Sequence record: PV112478.1
Length of the DNA: 64,000 bases
Direction: 5' to 3' (one strand)
The notes below the pieces were generated by a model. It did no database searches. It saw only the letters and a program-made list of their open reading frames with translations, and was not told where the DNA came from. Position numbers and translations under genes: made by a program. Shown piece after piece: positions 44,868 through 54,823 of the stretch (its first letter is position 1; every line of letters begins with the position of its first letter).

Positions 44868-45395
44868 ATGGAGTTTAACATGGCCGCGTATGAGCAAGTC
44901 GAAGAGTTTGAACCTATCCCGGAAGAAAAAGAAGGTGAAGTCCTGAGCGCCAGACCTGCCGACGGAATGCCGCAAGACAGCGATGACCGTTTGGATTTTA
45001 CCCAGAATGTCCGTGCGTTGATTGTCAATGAGATTATCAAAGGCGGGAAGGTTCCAGTTAATGACAAAGACCAGATGAGCATCCTGAAAGATGCGTTAGA
45101 TGGTATTGACCGTCAGGAACTAGGCAAGAAGAAAATCTCAGCCAAGAAAGAAGAGACCGCCGCAAACATTAATAACGTGGCTAAAATGCTGGAACGCTTC
45201 AGTATGGAAGTGAGTCGTAGCACCAACGGGGCACCGATGGAAAAAATGTTGGCAGAGAAACCGAAACGCGACCCTTCCGTTTTCAATCGTGACGTCAGGG
45301 CTCAGTTCCCTGATATCAATGAATCAGAACTGGAACTGACGCGCCGGGAAGAAAGCAGTGAAGAATTCTTCGAACGGATGAAAGAAGATGAATAA
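44868..45395 (+). CDS. Hypothetical acidic protein
   Basis: About 170 aa; RBS GGAG precedes ATG at 44880; followed by a terminator. Confidence 0.8.
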   Translation: MEFNMAAYEQVEEFEPIPEEKEGEVLSARPADGMPQDSDDRLDFTQNVRALIVNEIIKGGKVPVNDKDQMSILKDALDGIDRQELGKKKISAKKEETAANINNVAKMLERFSMEVSRSTNGAPMEKMLAEKPKRDPSVFNRDVRAQFPDINESELELTRREESSEEFFERMKEDE

Positions 45396-45401
45396 CGCAT
45401 A

Positions 45402-45429
45402 AGACAGAGAGGGGAATCCCTCTCTGTCT
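45402..45429. terminator. Bidirectional terminator
   Basis: AGACAGAGAGGG-GAAT-CCCTCTCTGTCT between convergent genes. Confidence 0.85.
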
Positions 45430-45433
45430 ATAA

Positions 45434-46135
45434 TCAAAAGGGGGCATTGAAATATTCAACACTGATAAACCTGATCGTCCAGGAAGGGGAGACATATTGT
45501 TCAGACAATTGGTGAACGTCATCAAGAAGATCTTTAAAATACGCAAAATCTTCAACGTTCGGTTTGGTCTGGAATAACGCTGGACCAATCAATTCTGTAT
45601 TAAGAAGATTGACCGACTCCTGTGTCTCGATATGCTCCTCCAGCCAGCCAATAATATCGTAATGAATAAAATGCGTAAAATCACTGGCTACAGATTGCGG
45701 GGTCAGTTGTTTATCGCTTTTTCTCACCCAATCTATTTTGGTCTGCGGGTGAAGGAACGTTTTGATGGCCTTGGACAATGACTCCCTGACGTTATTGGTG
45801 AGTCGATACGGGTATTCGTTTACCGTTACGGAAACGTTGAGGTCTGTAGGCGAGATACGTGGACCTTGCTCCGACCCTTCAATAATTTCCTTAATGACCC
45901 CGATCAATTTCGATCTGACCGATTTCTTCAGGATCTCGGAATCACGTCCCCGATAAGCCTTTCTCCATGCCTCTTCGGTAATACCCAGACCTTCCCAAAT
46001 CACCCAATCACCACGGCGTCGGCCATAACCCTTGGCGATCATGTTAACGGCCTTGTCAAAATTAAGACTCAATGCCACCGACATCCGGGTGTCGAGTAGA
46101 TCGTCTAATCTGAGATGGATACGTAGTGGTCTCAT
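45434..46135 (-). CDS. Conserved jumbo-phage protein, possible HAD-like (DxD)
   Basis: N-terminal HLRLDDLLDTR; ATGA coupling to the upstream gene. Confidence 0.7.
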   Translation of the reverse strand: MRPLRIHLRLDDLLDTRMSVALSLNFDKAVNMIAKGYGRRRGDWVIWEGLGITEEAWRKAYRGRDSEILKKSVRSKLIGVIKEIIEGSEQGPRISPTDLNVSVTVNEYPYRLTNNVRESLSKAIKTFLHPQTKIDWVRKSDKQLTPQSVASDFTHFIHYDIIGWLEEHIETQESVNLLNTELIGPALFQTKPNVEDFAYFKDLLDDVHQLSEQYVSPSWTIRFISVEYFNAPF

Positions 46136-46608
46136 CCCTGTTCACCCAGTTCAGTGAAACTCGGGTAAACAAACCCAAGGGACATCAACGGAATGATCCA
46201 CGTGTTCGCCTCGTAGAGCGAGAGGATTTCGTTAAACTTCACAGTCCACATCTGAGCGTCATTAGGGACAACAGAAAGGTCTTGTATTTCTGACTGCGTC
46301 GGTCGATTCGCTGACGCGTTAGCAAACGAGTCAATGATCTGACTGAGTTCTTTACGCGTGAATGGGCTCAATGCAAAGAACCGTAAACCAAATACGTAGT
46401 TAACCAGTATATCTCGGGAATGAATCTCATTTTGAACCGAGATTAACTGATCACGGGTAACCAGTAATGGTTGCGCAGTTACGGAATAATATTGCGATAC
46501 AAACCCGGTAAAGACATCAATGTCAGTTGGGTCTTTCAGGTCGTTCTTAAAAGCCAGTGTGAACTGATGTGCCTGGCCAGAGAGAATTTCAATTTCTTCT
46601 TTGATCAT
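46132..46608 (-). CDS. Hypothetical (probable virion) protein
   Basis: 158 aa directly downstream of vRNAP beta-C. Confidence 0.75.
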   Translation of the reverse strand: MIKEEIEILSGQAHQFTLAFKNDLKDPTDIDVFTGFVSQYYSVTAQPLLVTRDQLISVQNEIHSRDILVNYVFGLRFFALSPFTRKELSQIIDSFANASANRPTQSEIQDLSVVPNDAQMWTVKFNEILSLYEANTWIIPLMSLGFVYPSFTELGEQG

Positions 46609-46610
46609 GG

Positions 46611-47282
46611 CTATTTATCCAACGTGGTGTCGAGGTGAGCGGTGCGCAGGAGCGTGGCGAAGTTTTTCGTGGCAGTAACGCCTGTACCCCATTCTTTGGC
46701 GTTTGCCACAGTTCCTTCACCGGTAAGTGAGATATCAGTTTCCAGTTTCTGGTTAGCACCTTCATCGCCTCCACGTACCGAGATCAGTTCGCGGATTAAT
46801 ACATTACCGCCCAGGGATTCAATGTTGTTGAGTTCCGGGAAGGAAATACGTGAGCCTTTCGACGGGCCCGTCACCTGGCCAGTGAGATCATCCACGTGTG
46901 TATTATCGTCGGGGATACTCTGCTTATCTTCGATCATCTGCTGTAAGCGAATAACGCCCTCACGAATGACCATATAGCGAACAGGCGTAGTAAAGACCTT
47001 TTTCGTTTCCGGGTCTTCCATTTCAAGGTACTGGAAGAATTCCACACCCCAGCGTTTTGCCACGGCCTTAAGATGGGCGTTGTCGTAGATTGGTGACGTT
47101 AGGTTAGGTAAGGTAGCGGAGATCATGGGTTTTCCTTGGCGGATACCTTCCATGATGCCGTCAAACTCTTCGTCACTCAGTGCTTCCAGATCTTTGCCAA
47201 TTTGCATGGCGTTTCCTGATCCGGGAAAGAGTTCTTCCATCAGCCTTACGCAAACCGCTGTGGCGGCGACGCGGTTTTTCAT
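46611..47282 (-). CDS. Virion RNA polymerase beta subunit, C-terminal part (phiKZ gp149/SPN3US gp218-like)
   Basis: RLQQMIEDK (about KL.HMVDDK) and DLTGQVTGPSKGSRISFPE (about [20 protein letters not shown]); start MKNR at 47282 with RBS GAGG. Confidence 0.88.
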   Translation of the reverse strand: MKNRVAATAVCVRLMEELFPGSGNAMQIGKDLEALSDEEFDGIMEGIRQGKPMISATLPNLTSPIYDNAHLKAVAKRWGVEFFQYLEMEDPETKKVFTTPVRYMVIREGVIRLQQMIEDKQSIPDDNTHVDDLTGQVTGPSKGSRISFPELNNIESLGGNVLIRELISVRGGDEGANQKLETDISLTGEGTVANAKEWGTGVTATKNFATLLRTAHLDTTLDK

Positions 47283-47658
47283 TTTTAACCTCTTTAGGAA
47301 TAGTGATACTGCGATGGGAAACGCGGTATTCGGATATCCGGCGAACCACGTCACCTGTCCCCTTAGATTCCCCATCCCAGAACGTTACACAGTGTGTAGC
47401 CACTGCCATCATTTCGGCATTACGAATAAATCCTGCGCCTTTCCCCTTTCCGTCCCAATCTGCTGGGAAGGTTAAACAACGGAGTCCTCTCCGTAATGCA
47501 TATAGGAACGCCAGGTAATCCGTCCCGTTAGCACCGCCTTCCAGAATGACAATTTCTTCTGGGGGGAACCGAGACGTGAGTTTATCCATATGTTTTGCAA
47601 ACTGGTAATAGTTACGGTAATGACGGCAACCCGAAACCATCACCTTGAACCGTGCCAT
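47173..47658 (-). CDS. SLOG-superfamily (DUF2493/YspA-like) protein
   Basis: VSGCRHY, LEGGANGTD, FPADW...GKGAGFIRNAEM and FWDGESKGT. Confidence 0.85.
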   Translation of the reverse strand: MARFKVMVSGCRHYRNYYQFAKHMDKLTSRFPPEEIVILEGGANGTDYLAFLYALRRGLRCLTFPADWDGKGKGAGFIRNAEMMAVATHCVTFWDGESKGTGDVVRRISEYRVSHRSITIPKEVKNEKPRRRHSGLRKADGRTLSRIRKRHANWQRSGSTE

Positions 47659-47945
47659 TATTTACCCCAACGGAAAATAATATCTGGGAGGACACGGTCT
47701 GAGAAATCCGATAGCCAGGCATCGATGCCGTTATCGGTTGAAATCTGTAGAACATTACGAGACGCTCTCGGAGAGATGGTTTTTAGTTCCTTCTCCCAGA
47801 ACGCATTGATCTCTTGCATCTCGACCCGATTACTGGAGCGTACTCGCTCTTCGTGATTAAATTTGCGATCAAACAAATTCGCCACGCCGTGCGAGTACTG
47901 CGACAGTAACATGGTCATGTGAAAACGTGCTTCTTGACGTACCAT
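47658..47945 (-). CDS. Hypothetical protein
   Basis: 95 aa, RBS GAGGTG, TAATG coupling to the SLOG gene. Confidence 0.7.
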   Translation of the reverse strand: MVRQEARFHMTMLLSQYSHGVANLFDRKFNHEERVRSSNRVEMQEINAFWEKELKTISPRASRNVLQISTDNGIDAWLSDFSDRVLPDIIFRWGK

Positions 47946-47965
47946 GTTACACCTCGATAGCTACA

Positions 47966-49381
47966 TTACTGTTTCCAGTAAGGTTTGTATTTACCCATTG
48001 CAATTCTGATCAGGTCATAGCTGCTCAGGAAATGTTTCTCTTCTTTGATTTCCTTGAACTGCCAATGGCCGCGAGTTTCCCCTAACAGCTCGTCCCAATC
48101 GTAACCTTGCTCTTTGATCTTTTCGAAGATCTCTGGCGGGGTCATCGCATAACCTTCCAGTTTCCACATGAAGTTACGAATCTGACACAGACCAGAGGTC
48201 AGCTCTAACGCACGGCGCAGTTTATAGTCGTCGTCGATTTTGTCACGGACTGCGTTACGCGTGAAAGATACTTCCGGGTAGATCGCCAGAGAGAGGTTAG
48301 TTGTATTACTACCCATCCCGTAATACTTATTCGTTTCGCGCAGGTAGTGTAGCTGAGTTAAGTGAACGAGTAAGCCTTCTGCCTGAGAGAAGACCAGCTC
48401 AAACGGTGCACCGGATTGACCATATTTACCGCGCAGGTTCATACAACGCACTTTAACGAGGTCTTTGTCTTCCTTCGATCCCATTTCACCGCGACCGTAA
48501 AGCGGAAGACGCGAGCCGTCAGTTAGCGGAGAACGACCGTGAACAAACCACATGTTATTCGGAATAAAGGTGAATTTTTCGGTGGCGTTCTTGATCGTCT
48601 TACCGGACTGGAGGTCGGCCATGATTTTGTGCGGAGGCGCATTCGGGTCCATATTCGCTTTCGCCCCGATATGGGCAGTTAACATGGAATAGAACGAATG
48701 GCGACCATTGAGCCCCGGCATCTGCATCATGATCTGGGTTTTGTAACGCCCGTCGTTCATGAAGATCATGTTGTTGTCTTTCGAGCCGATTTCGTTATCG
48801 CCAAATTTTTCTTCAATGGCGTCAAAAGACATCATTGACCAGGAATCGATTTCTTCCATGGTTGGCGGATACATCTTGATCAGCTGTCCGTCATGGTTAG
48901 GGAACGGAGTGGTCAACATAGGGACTTTCGTTTTCTTATCGACTTTCATTTCGCCGTATTTTTTACGGACGTCCCAATAGTCGTTCCCGGACATTTTTAA
49001 CATGTTAGTGAAGAGAAACTTTTCATTCTCTTCGAGACCGTGTTCGGTGATACGCGGCATTCTGGCAGCACGGTACCCTAAACCTTCAATATCTTTAGAG
49101 CCTTCGGTCTCGTAGAAAAAGCTGTTGACGGCATCGTAGTACAGTTCCTGAGGCTGTAACATCATGAAATCAGCCAGGGTCGATTTAAACTGGTTGTTCT
49201 CGCCTACGACGGCGTTGATATTCGCCACCCCACCGTTTAAATACATTTCCCCGGCTTCGCCTTCGACGTAACGACCAGAGAAATGATCAAACAAACAGTT
49301 GGTGTTCAGTTTAGGGGTAGAGGCATCGGCTTTCTTATCTTCGCTCATGACACCCGCCGGGCTCAGTGAAAATCCGCTCAT
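47966..49381 (-). CDS. uvsX: UvsX/RecA-like recombinase (phiKZ gp152-like)
   Basis: P-loop GENNQFKST, IDSWS Walker B, MLTAH, RGKYGQSG. Confidence 0.82.
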   Translation of the reverse strand: MSGFSLSPAGVMSEDKKADASTPKLNTNCLFDHFSGRYVEGEAGEMYLNGGVANINAVVGENNQFKSTLADFMMLQPQELYYDAVNSFFYETEGSKDIEGLGYRAARMPRITEHGLEENEKFLFTNMLKMSGNDYWDVRKKYGEMKVDKKTKVPMLTTPFPNHDGQLIKMYPPTMEEIDSWSMMSFDAIEEKFGDNEIGSKDNNMIFMNDGRYKTQIMMQMPGLNGRHSFYSMLTAHIGAKANMDPNAPPHKIMADLQSGKTIKNATEKFTFIPNNMWFVHGRSPLTDGSRLPLYGRGEMGSKEDKDLVKVRCMNLRGKYGQSGAPFELVFSQAEGLLVHLTQLHYLRETNKYYGMGSNTTNLSLAIYPEVSFTRNAVRDKIDDDYKLRRALELTSGLCQIRNFMWKLEGYAMTPPEIFEKIKEQGYDWDELLGETRGHWQFKEIKEEKHFLSSYDLIRIAMGKYKPYWKQ

Positions 49382-49487
49382 TGATAATCCTTGGTTCTGT
49401 TTTATGAATTGTCTTCATTACAATTAAGGAAGGTATTTAATTTTATGTTAACACTCTTTAGATTACTGACTACATAAGGTATAGATC

Positions 49488-50360
49488 ATGCCATTCTCAA
49501 TGGAATATTTGAACGCTGAAAAAAATGCCATTATTGCAATGACCAAAGAAATCCCTGTCCACTCCACGCCCAGTAACGAAGCGCTCTCTATCCAACGGGC
49601 AGCGATGGGTGTCGTCGATCGCTTTGCTGGGTTCCTGAATAAAATTGCGGGGCGCTTTAGCAGTCCAGTTGATAAACTGAGCGATTTTAAAGACAGCGCG
49701 AAACCTAAAACCAGTCAACAGATCAAACTGGAAAAAGCACTGGATTCTATACTGTACGCGGATATCACCGGTCAGCGTGTACAAGTGGTTCCGGGTTTAT
49801 CTGGTACCTGGCTGGAACTGCTAGATTCATGGAGACTCCCGGTGAAATTTTCCGTGGACTTTTACGACGATTACCTGAATCCGTTTGAAAAATTCCTGGC
49901 AGTCGCCATTACTGACCCAGAAAAATTCACTACCGTAGGGACAGTGAATCGTATCAGTCAAATTGACATTGATTCTCACATTCAGTCGTTGACCGCTTAT
50001 CTGAAAGGGAATGTGAAAACTAACCTTCGCGCTTACGGTGAATGTACCGAACGTAACGGTGATACGGTTAAGGTTTACGCTAAGACCCAAGAGATTTCTA
50101 CCGCACTTCATAAGGGTAATTTGGACCTCGTGAAAGGCACCGTTGATCGCTGTGCAGAGATGTTGGAAACTCTGTCTAAACAAATCAAGGACAGTAACTT
50201 ACCCTATCGTCTTAATGCTAAGACCATTAACGATCTGACCGAGGTCGTTTTCCAGATGGCGAAAATGGCGGAGCTTTACGCAGCGACTTATACCTACGTT
50301 GAATCCCAACGGACGGCAATGGATGAAACTGCTGAGAAACTGATTGCTTTAGCAAAATAA
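49488..50360 (+). CDS. Internal head (ejection) protein with a cleavable propeptide
   Basis: N-terminal SME and SNE (S-x-E) sites; helical; TATG upstream. Confidence 0.7.
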   Translation: MPFSMEYLNAEKNAIIAMTKEIPVHSTPSNEALSIQRAAMGVVDRFAGFLNKIAGRFSSPVDKLSDFKDSAKPKTSQQIKLEKALDSILYADITGQRVQVVPGLSGTWLELLDSWRLPVKFSVDFYDDYLNPFEKFLAVAITDPEKFTTVGTVNRISQIDIDSHIQSLTAYLKGNVKTNLRAYGECTERNGDTVKVYAKTQEISTALHKGNLDLVKGTVDRCAEMLETLSKQIKDSNLPYRLNAKTINDLTEVVFQMAKMAELYAATYTYVESQRTAMDETAEKLIALAK

Positions 50361-50366
50361 ACATAA

Positions 50367-50399
50367 GAGAATGGGAGAGGTCAACCCTCTCCCATTCTC
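50367..50399. terminator. Bidirectional terminator
   Basis: GAGAATGGGAGAGG-TCAAC-CCTCTCCCATTCTC, 14-bp stem. Confidence 0.85.
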
Positions 50400-50402
50400 A
50401 CT

Positions 50403-50780
50403 TTATGACACTGCCGACAACGAATGCATGTTGACAATATTTTTCAGTTCCTGACGAAGTGTGAACTCGCCATCCTCCACGCCTTCTTTTAACCAGCGGG
50501 GGATCATCTCTTCGAAGTAATTAGCGACCTTTTCGTGCGGTAAGGTTCTAATCGCTTCGCACTGTTTTTCATCCCAAAGAATCTCAGGGAGAATCGTACC
50601 TAGCAATAATCCTTTGGAATCCGTTGTCAAGTTTAAGCGACGATTCATACTCGAAGCTAATCGTTGACATCCACCCGAACGACCAGAGAGTAGCGTGTAA
50701 AAAGAACCCAATATTAAAACACGCCGACCTTTCGTCGTAAAGAGTTTAGGTCCGAAGACCGCTAAAAGTATTTTGATCAT
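50403..50780 (-). CDS. Hypothetical protein
   Basis: 125 aa; ATGA coupling to RNase H. Confidence 0.7.
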   Translation of the reverse strand: MIKILLAVFGPKLFTTKGRRVLILGSFYTLLSGRSGGCQRLASSMNRRLNLTTDSKGLLLGTILPEILWDEKQCEAIRTLPHEKVANYFEEMIPRWLKEGVEDGEFTLRQELKNIVNMHSLSAVS

Positions 50781-52435
50781 AGTTTACCCGTGATCTCAAA
50801 AAGGTTAGAATTGAGCGACGCAGTAAACAGCGTGTCACCGTCCACTTCCATTAACGTGGCGTAACGGAAAGCACGCGTGCCATCTGGCCATGTGATGACG
50901 CGTATTCTGAGGTCTTCAGAACCCAACGCGTTGACCGTATTCCTTAACGGGATATCTTGTCCTATTTTTAATTTGATTGTGGCTTTCCCTGTTGTCCCGT
51001 CAGCCAGTTGGTAATTGGCTGTAACAGAAATTGCCTTGTTCGGCGGGTCCATGGCCTCAGTGGGTTTTGTGACAGGTTTCTTTTTCCCTTCTTGGGTCGT
51101 CTTCACACAGTATGAAGTGATATCCGTGATCGTCGTTTTTCCCTTGCCTGTAAACCCGTATCCTAACATGGTCAGAAGTGTCTCAAACCGCGTCAACAGA
51201 CGGAAACCTAAAAAGGTCGGTCTCAGCTCCTCAATAAGCGCAACTTTATCCGGAGACCGGATAGTGCTCTTCTCGGCGTCGTCCCATAAGACAGAACGTT
51301 TGTCCTGTATCAGACTGACGTATCGATCTGCGTTAAGGATATTTTCAAGATGACCCAGCGTCATGATCTGAGTGCCGTCGTAGTACCGGCTCTTCAGAAA
51401 CTCTCCGAGTAATTCCAGGACAGGTTCTTTTTCCTTAGCGAAGAGGATGGCTACTTTAGCAGTGGCAGTGGCCTTACCGATCATGTCGACTTCGGTGTCG
51501 TTACCGTGGTTCCCGAAGAAATAAACGTAGCGATCGTCATAGTCAACTTTGTAATGTGTCCGGTCAGTTAACGCATACCACCAACGTTGTTCCAGTAAGC
51601 GATTACTGGTTTTGGTGTTTTGTACGTATCCTTTACGGTCTGAAATGAGATAAACGGTTTTACCAGGTTCATCGCGTTCCAGAATCATTCCGCGGTTGGC
51701 GTTGTAATCAGCACGTTCATTCCCTGTATAACCAGCGTGACCTGGGATATACCCAAATAACATTCTGGTTTTCCCTTCCTCAACAATACTGTCGAAGAGA
51801 GAACAGAGCAATTGCCAAAGATCTTTGTTTTGGACAGGTCGACGATCAGCAGTTAACCAACCGTTTCTTTCCCAATTAACACGATAGAAAAGTAACCCTT
51901 CTAAAACATATTTCGAGTCCGCAAAAATAACAGACTCTTTTGGGCTCTTTTCTTTGACAATTGTGAGACTGTTTAACATCCCCATTAACTCAGTAAAGTT
52001 ATTACTGGTTTTGTACTGACCACCGTATGCATCAATAAAGCTGATGGGGTTGACAGGCTTCACCGTTTTATTTTCATCGGCGTGTAAGATAAGATAGTTT
52101 TTATCTACCTGCCCAGTGAAGCCCGTCTCTTCATCTGCCTTAGTGACGACATCTTTACACCGGTGTTGTCTACCGTCGACATAACCGATGTTAGTAAACG
52201 CACCCTTAGCCTTTTTAATCTTCGCTTCTTTCTTGTCCGCAACCGGGTACGAATATCCGTGAATACCCCAGCCAGAAAGTAACGTTTGGGTATTACTTCC
52301 GCCGTCGCAGAATAAAACAAGATTAAAACTGCCCGGTTCTGGGAATTCACCTTCCCACGGTTGCTCAATCTTCATGTTCAGAAGTTCCTGTTTCAAAGTA
52401 TGTTCAGAAGAATAAAGCGTCGCGTAAGAAATCAA
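50777..52435 (-). CDS. rnhA: Ribonuclease HI with an internal insertion and a long C-terminal extension
   Basis: LFCDGGS, SNNFTELMG, ADSKYVLEG..W..NGW, VQNKDLW and GHAGYTGNERAD. The start is TTG 52435 or ATG 52375. Confidence 0.9.
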   Translation of the reverse strand: MISYATLYSSEHTLKQELLNMKIEQPWEGEFPEPGSFNLVLFCDGGSNTQTLLSGWGIHGYSYPVADKKEAKIKKAKGAFTNIGYVDGRQHRCKDVVTKADEETGFTGQVDKNYLILHADENKTVKPVNPISFIDAYGGQYKTSNNFTELMGMLNSLTIVKEKSPKESVIFADSKYVLEGLLFYRVNWERNGWLTADRRPVQNKDLWQLLCSLFDSIVEEGKTRMLFGYIPGHAGYTGNERADYNANRGMILERDEPGKTVYLISDRKGYVQNTKTSNRLLEQRWWYALTDRTHYKVDYDDRYVYFFGNHGNDTEVDMIGKATATAKVAILFAKEKEPVLELLGEFLKSRYYDGTQIMTLGHLENILNADRYVSLIQDKRSVLWDDAEKSTIRSPDKVALIEELRPTFLGFRLLTRFETLLTMLGYGFTGKGKTTITDITSYCVKTTQEGKKKPVTKPTEAMDPPNKAISVTANYQLADGTTGKATIKLKIGQDIPLRNTVNALGSEDLRIRVITWPDGTRAFRYATLMEVDGDTLFTASLNSNLFEITGKL

Positions 52436-52857
52436 GGGTGACGGCGTTGAAATTCCTCAATGATGTGATGGCTTTGGGCGTCGCACGCACTGGGCGTCTT
52501 GGTGCAAATTCTCTGGAGTTCAGAGAGTTCCAGACGGGCGTCATTTTCCCAGCCAAATTTTTCCATGGTCAACGTATGAATATCGGCTTCATAACGATCG
52601 CGACTGATTCCTGATACCGGCTGATTACTGGCATCGGAAAGACGTTTTAACGCGGCATTATAATTACGATATAATTCACGGTATTTGACATAACCTACCG
52701 TTGACGACAAACCAAGAGTGAAAATTAAAATGGTTATTATCGTACGATAGAAGTAACGCTTCCTTTTCGGTGGTGGTTCTCTGGTATTATCCAAACGGTA
52801 TTGCTCCCGTATGAAATAATACAAGTACGGTAAAAAACGCAAGAAAAAGTAATTCAC
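52432..52857 (-). CDS. Single-pass membrane protein (possible spanin/holin-type)
   Basis: Basic patch, then hydrophobic TIITILIFTLGLSSTVGYV, then a coiled region. Confidence 0.6.
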   Translation of the reverse strand: MNYFFLRFLPYLYYFIREQYRLDNTREPPPKRKRYFYRTIITILIFTLGLSSTVGYVKYRELYRNYNAALKRLSDASNQPVSGISRDRYEADIHTLTMEKFGWENDARLELSELQRICTKTPSACDAQSHHIIEEFQRRHP

Positions 52858-52916
52858 GGCGGTACCTCCGCTGACAGGTTCTTTTCCTGTTTAATAATAA
52901 TTATGGAGTAGAAACA

Positions 52917-54218
52917 ATGTTGAATGTGTATAGTTTTGTAACTATTAAAAATTTTATCAATAACGCAGTGGGACAGACTGCAAAAGTAGGTGAACTGACC
53001 ACCCACGGTGAAACCTACAGCACAGATGTAGGGACGTATTCTGTTGCCGATTACACCGATGTCATTTTAAAGACGCTGTCTGTCACCCGCGACGGTACCA
53101 AAAGTAATCTAGGGTTGACTTACTACACGCAGATCCTGGAAGTCTCACAGTGGCTCTATCAGCGAAGCATTAACGGTCTGATCACCACAGACACCGCTGC
53201 ACTACTTCAGAACCTGAATGCGCAGTTTTCGGATTACCTCACTGTAAAATCAGTTGGGGCAATTGTCAACAATGGATCATATAATTTTCCTTCTAGTCTC
53301 CAAATGTCCTTTAGTAACTCTGGGGAAGAGAACGAACTGTTTGTCTGGTACGCGATCGATAATTTCCTGGTGGAATATCCGCTTTATGAACTTAGCGTCG
53401 TAATGCCGTTTGATGACATTGATCTGTTGGTTGGTGATTCTGACGCTGCGGTGGCGGCGATCAAAGCTATTACCCCGGTGAGTAACACCGCACGCATCAC
53501 GAACGCTATCGGCCAGAACCCGCAGACGGATATCTGGACCGGCTACTTTACGTGGGTGGCAAAAGATAACGACGAAGTCACGTTGCAAATTCCGATCAAC
53601 GTCGTGATCTACGGGTCTGCCGGTAAGAACCTTGATTACATCAAAAACGCGATTCGTGAACATATCCTAGGGAACAGCACGGTAGGTACTGACACGTGGG
53701 AGATTGTCTTACCAGATCTCTTTACACCGACTGAATATTACGTGGTGCCGGTTTGGGACAGAATCTCTCTCCCTAATCAGCTGGATACTACCGCGCTCTA
53801 TTCCCCGGTGTTACCGTATAAGGATTTCCTGACTTATACCGATAAGTACATGGCGGACTATGAACAACAGCATGTCATTGATGCTGGGGAAATTGCATTT
53901 AACACGTACCAGAACCTTCAGCTCTTGGTTTGTGGTCACGTAAGGAACTATAACGTTTCCTACGTCTTCTCCGAACTCTGGCCGCGCTATGCAGCAATCG
54001 CACCAACCAGCTCTGAATTCGGTAAGATTCCAGAAGCGACCCGAAACTTCATTATCAGCTTGATTGCGCTTCTGAAGATTGCAGAAACAGCAACGGCTAC
54101 TTCTATCCTGCCGACAGGGTACACTCGTGCTACGCGCAACGGGGTGGTTTACATCACCATGACGGTCAATACCGTTCAGTATCTGGTTCCGGTGAAAAAC
54201 GGTTTCAGTAAGGATTAA
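52917..54218 (+). CDS. Virion structural protein (phiKZ-like)
   Basis: 433 aa; GELTTHGETYS N-terminal motif typical of this family; TATG plus GGAG upstream. Confidence 0.75.
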   Translation: MLNVYSFVTIKNFINNAVGQTAKVGELTTHGETYSTDVGTYSVADYTDVILKTLSVTRDGTKSNLGLTYYTQILEVSQWLYQRSINGLITTDTAALLQNLNAQFSDYLTVKSVGAIVNNGSYNFPSSLQMSFSNSGEENELFVWYAIDNFLVEYPLYELSVVMPFDDIDLLVGDSDAAVAAIKAITPVSNTARITNAIGQNPQTDIWTGYFTWVAKDNDEVTLQIPINVVIYGSAGKNLDYIKNAIREHILGNSTVGTDTWEIVLPDLFTPTEYYVVPVWDRISLPNQLDTTALYSPVLPYKDFLTYTDKYMADYEQQHVIDAGEIAFNTYQNLQLLVCGHVRNYNVSYVFSELWPRYAAIAPTSSEFGKIPEATRNFIISLIALLKIAETATATSILPTGYTRATRNGVVYITMTVNTVQYLVPVKNGFSKD

Positions 54219-54223
54219 AACGA

Positions 54224-54823
54224 ATGGCTAAGACACGTAACACCCCTGCCTTAGGGTTGAAAGGGAAATGGTCATTAATACAACCGTGGACCGCCAGTCA
54301 GTCGTTAATTTATCAATGTACCGCTATTCGTTTCTTTACCGAGATGGTAGCGGAAGGGATTGATATCTTTAACGTCTACTATTCTCCTAAGGGCCTCACG
54401 GAGTCTGACTATAACGCAGACCTGTCTGCTGGCGCGGCGATGTGTGTACTGTATTCGTCCTCTGGTAGTGTCATTACGGTTCCCGATACCTACATTGAAA
54501 CTTTCCCGGGGATCGGGATGTCGAACTGGGGACAGGTGATCCTCTCTGCGTCTTTGGGGCCGATGCGTTTAGACCTCGATTACTCGTTCTTGAAAGAACA
54601 GATGGGCAACCTGATCTCTGACACGATCGGCGTTGTTCCTGAGATCTACGTAGATCAACTGGCCACGATTGAAGCGATCAGTACGGAAGAGGCGGACGCG
54701 ATCGAAGCAGCGAGACTGTCAGCTATCACCAATCGTACGTCGACCTACGCGCAGAACTTGGCGCTGCAAAAAGAGAACGCTGAGTTACGTATCAAGATTC
54801 AGGCGTTATTGGCAGCAAAATAA
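54224..54823 (+). CDS. Virion structural protein (phiKZ-like)
   Basis: 199 aa with a C-terminal coiled coil, co-operonic with 52917..54218. Confidence 0.75.
   Translation: MAKTRNTPALGLKGKWSLIQPWTASQSLIYQCTAIRFFTEMVAEGIDIFNVYYSPKGLTESDYNADLSAGAAMCVLYSSSGSVITVPDTYIETFPGIGMSNWGQVILSASLGPMRLDLDYSFLKEQMGNLISDTIGVVPEIYVDQLATIEAISTEEADAIEAARLSAITNRTSTYAQNLALQKENAELRIKIQALLAAK

Noticed and set aside
46611-47375. ORF-track start for beta-C at 47375
   Set aside because: A clear GAGG RBS precedes ATG 47282, and the extension lies inside the SLOG domain.
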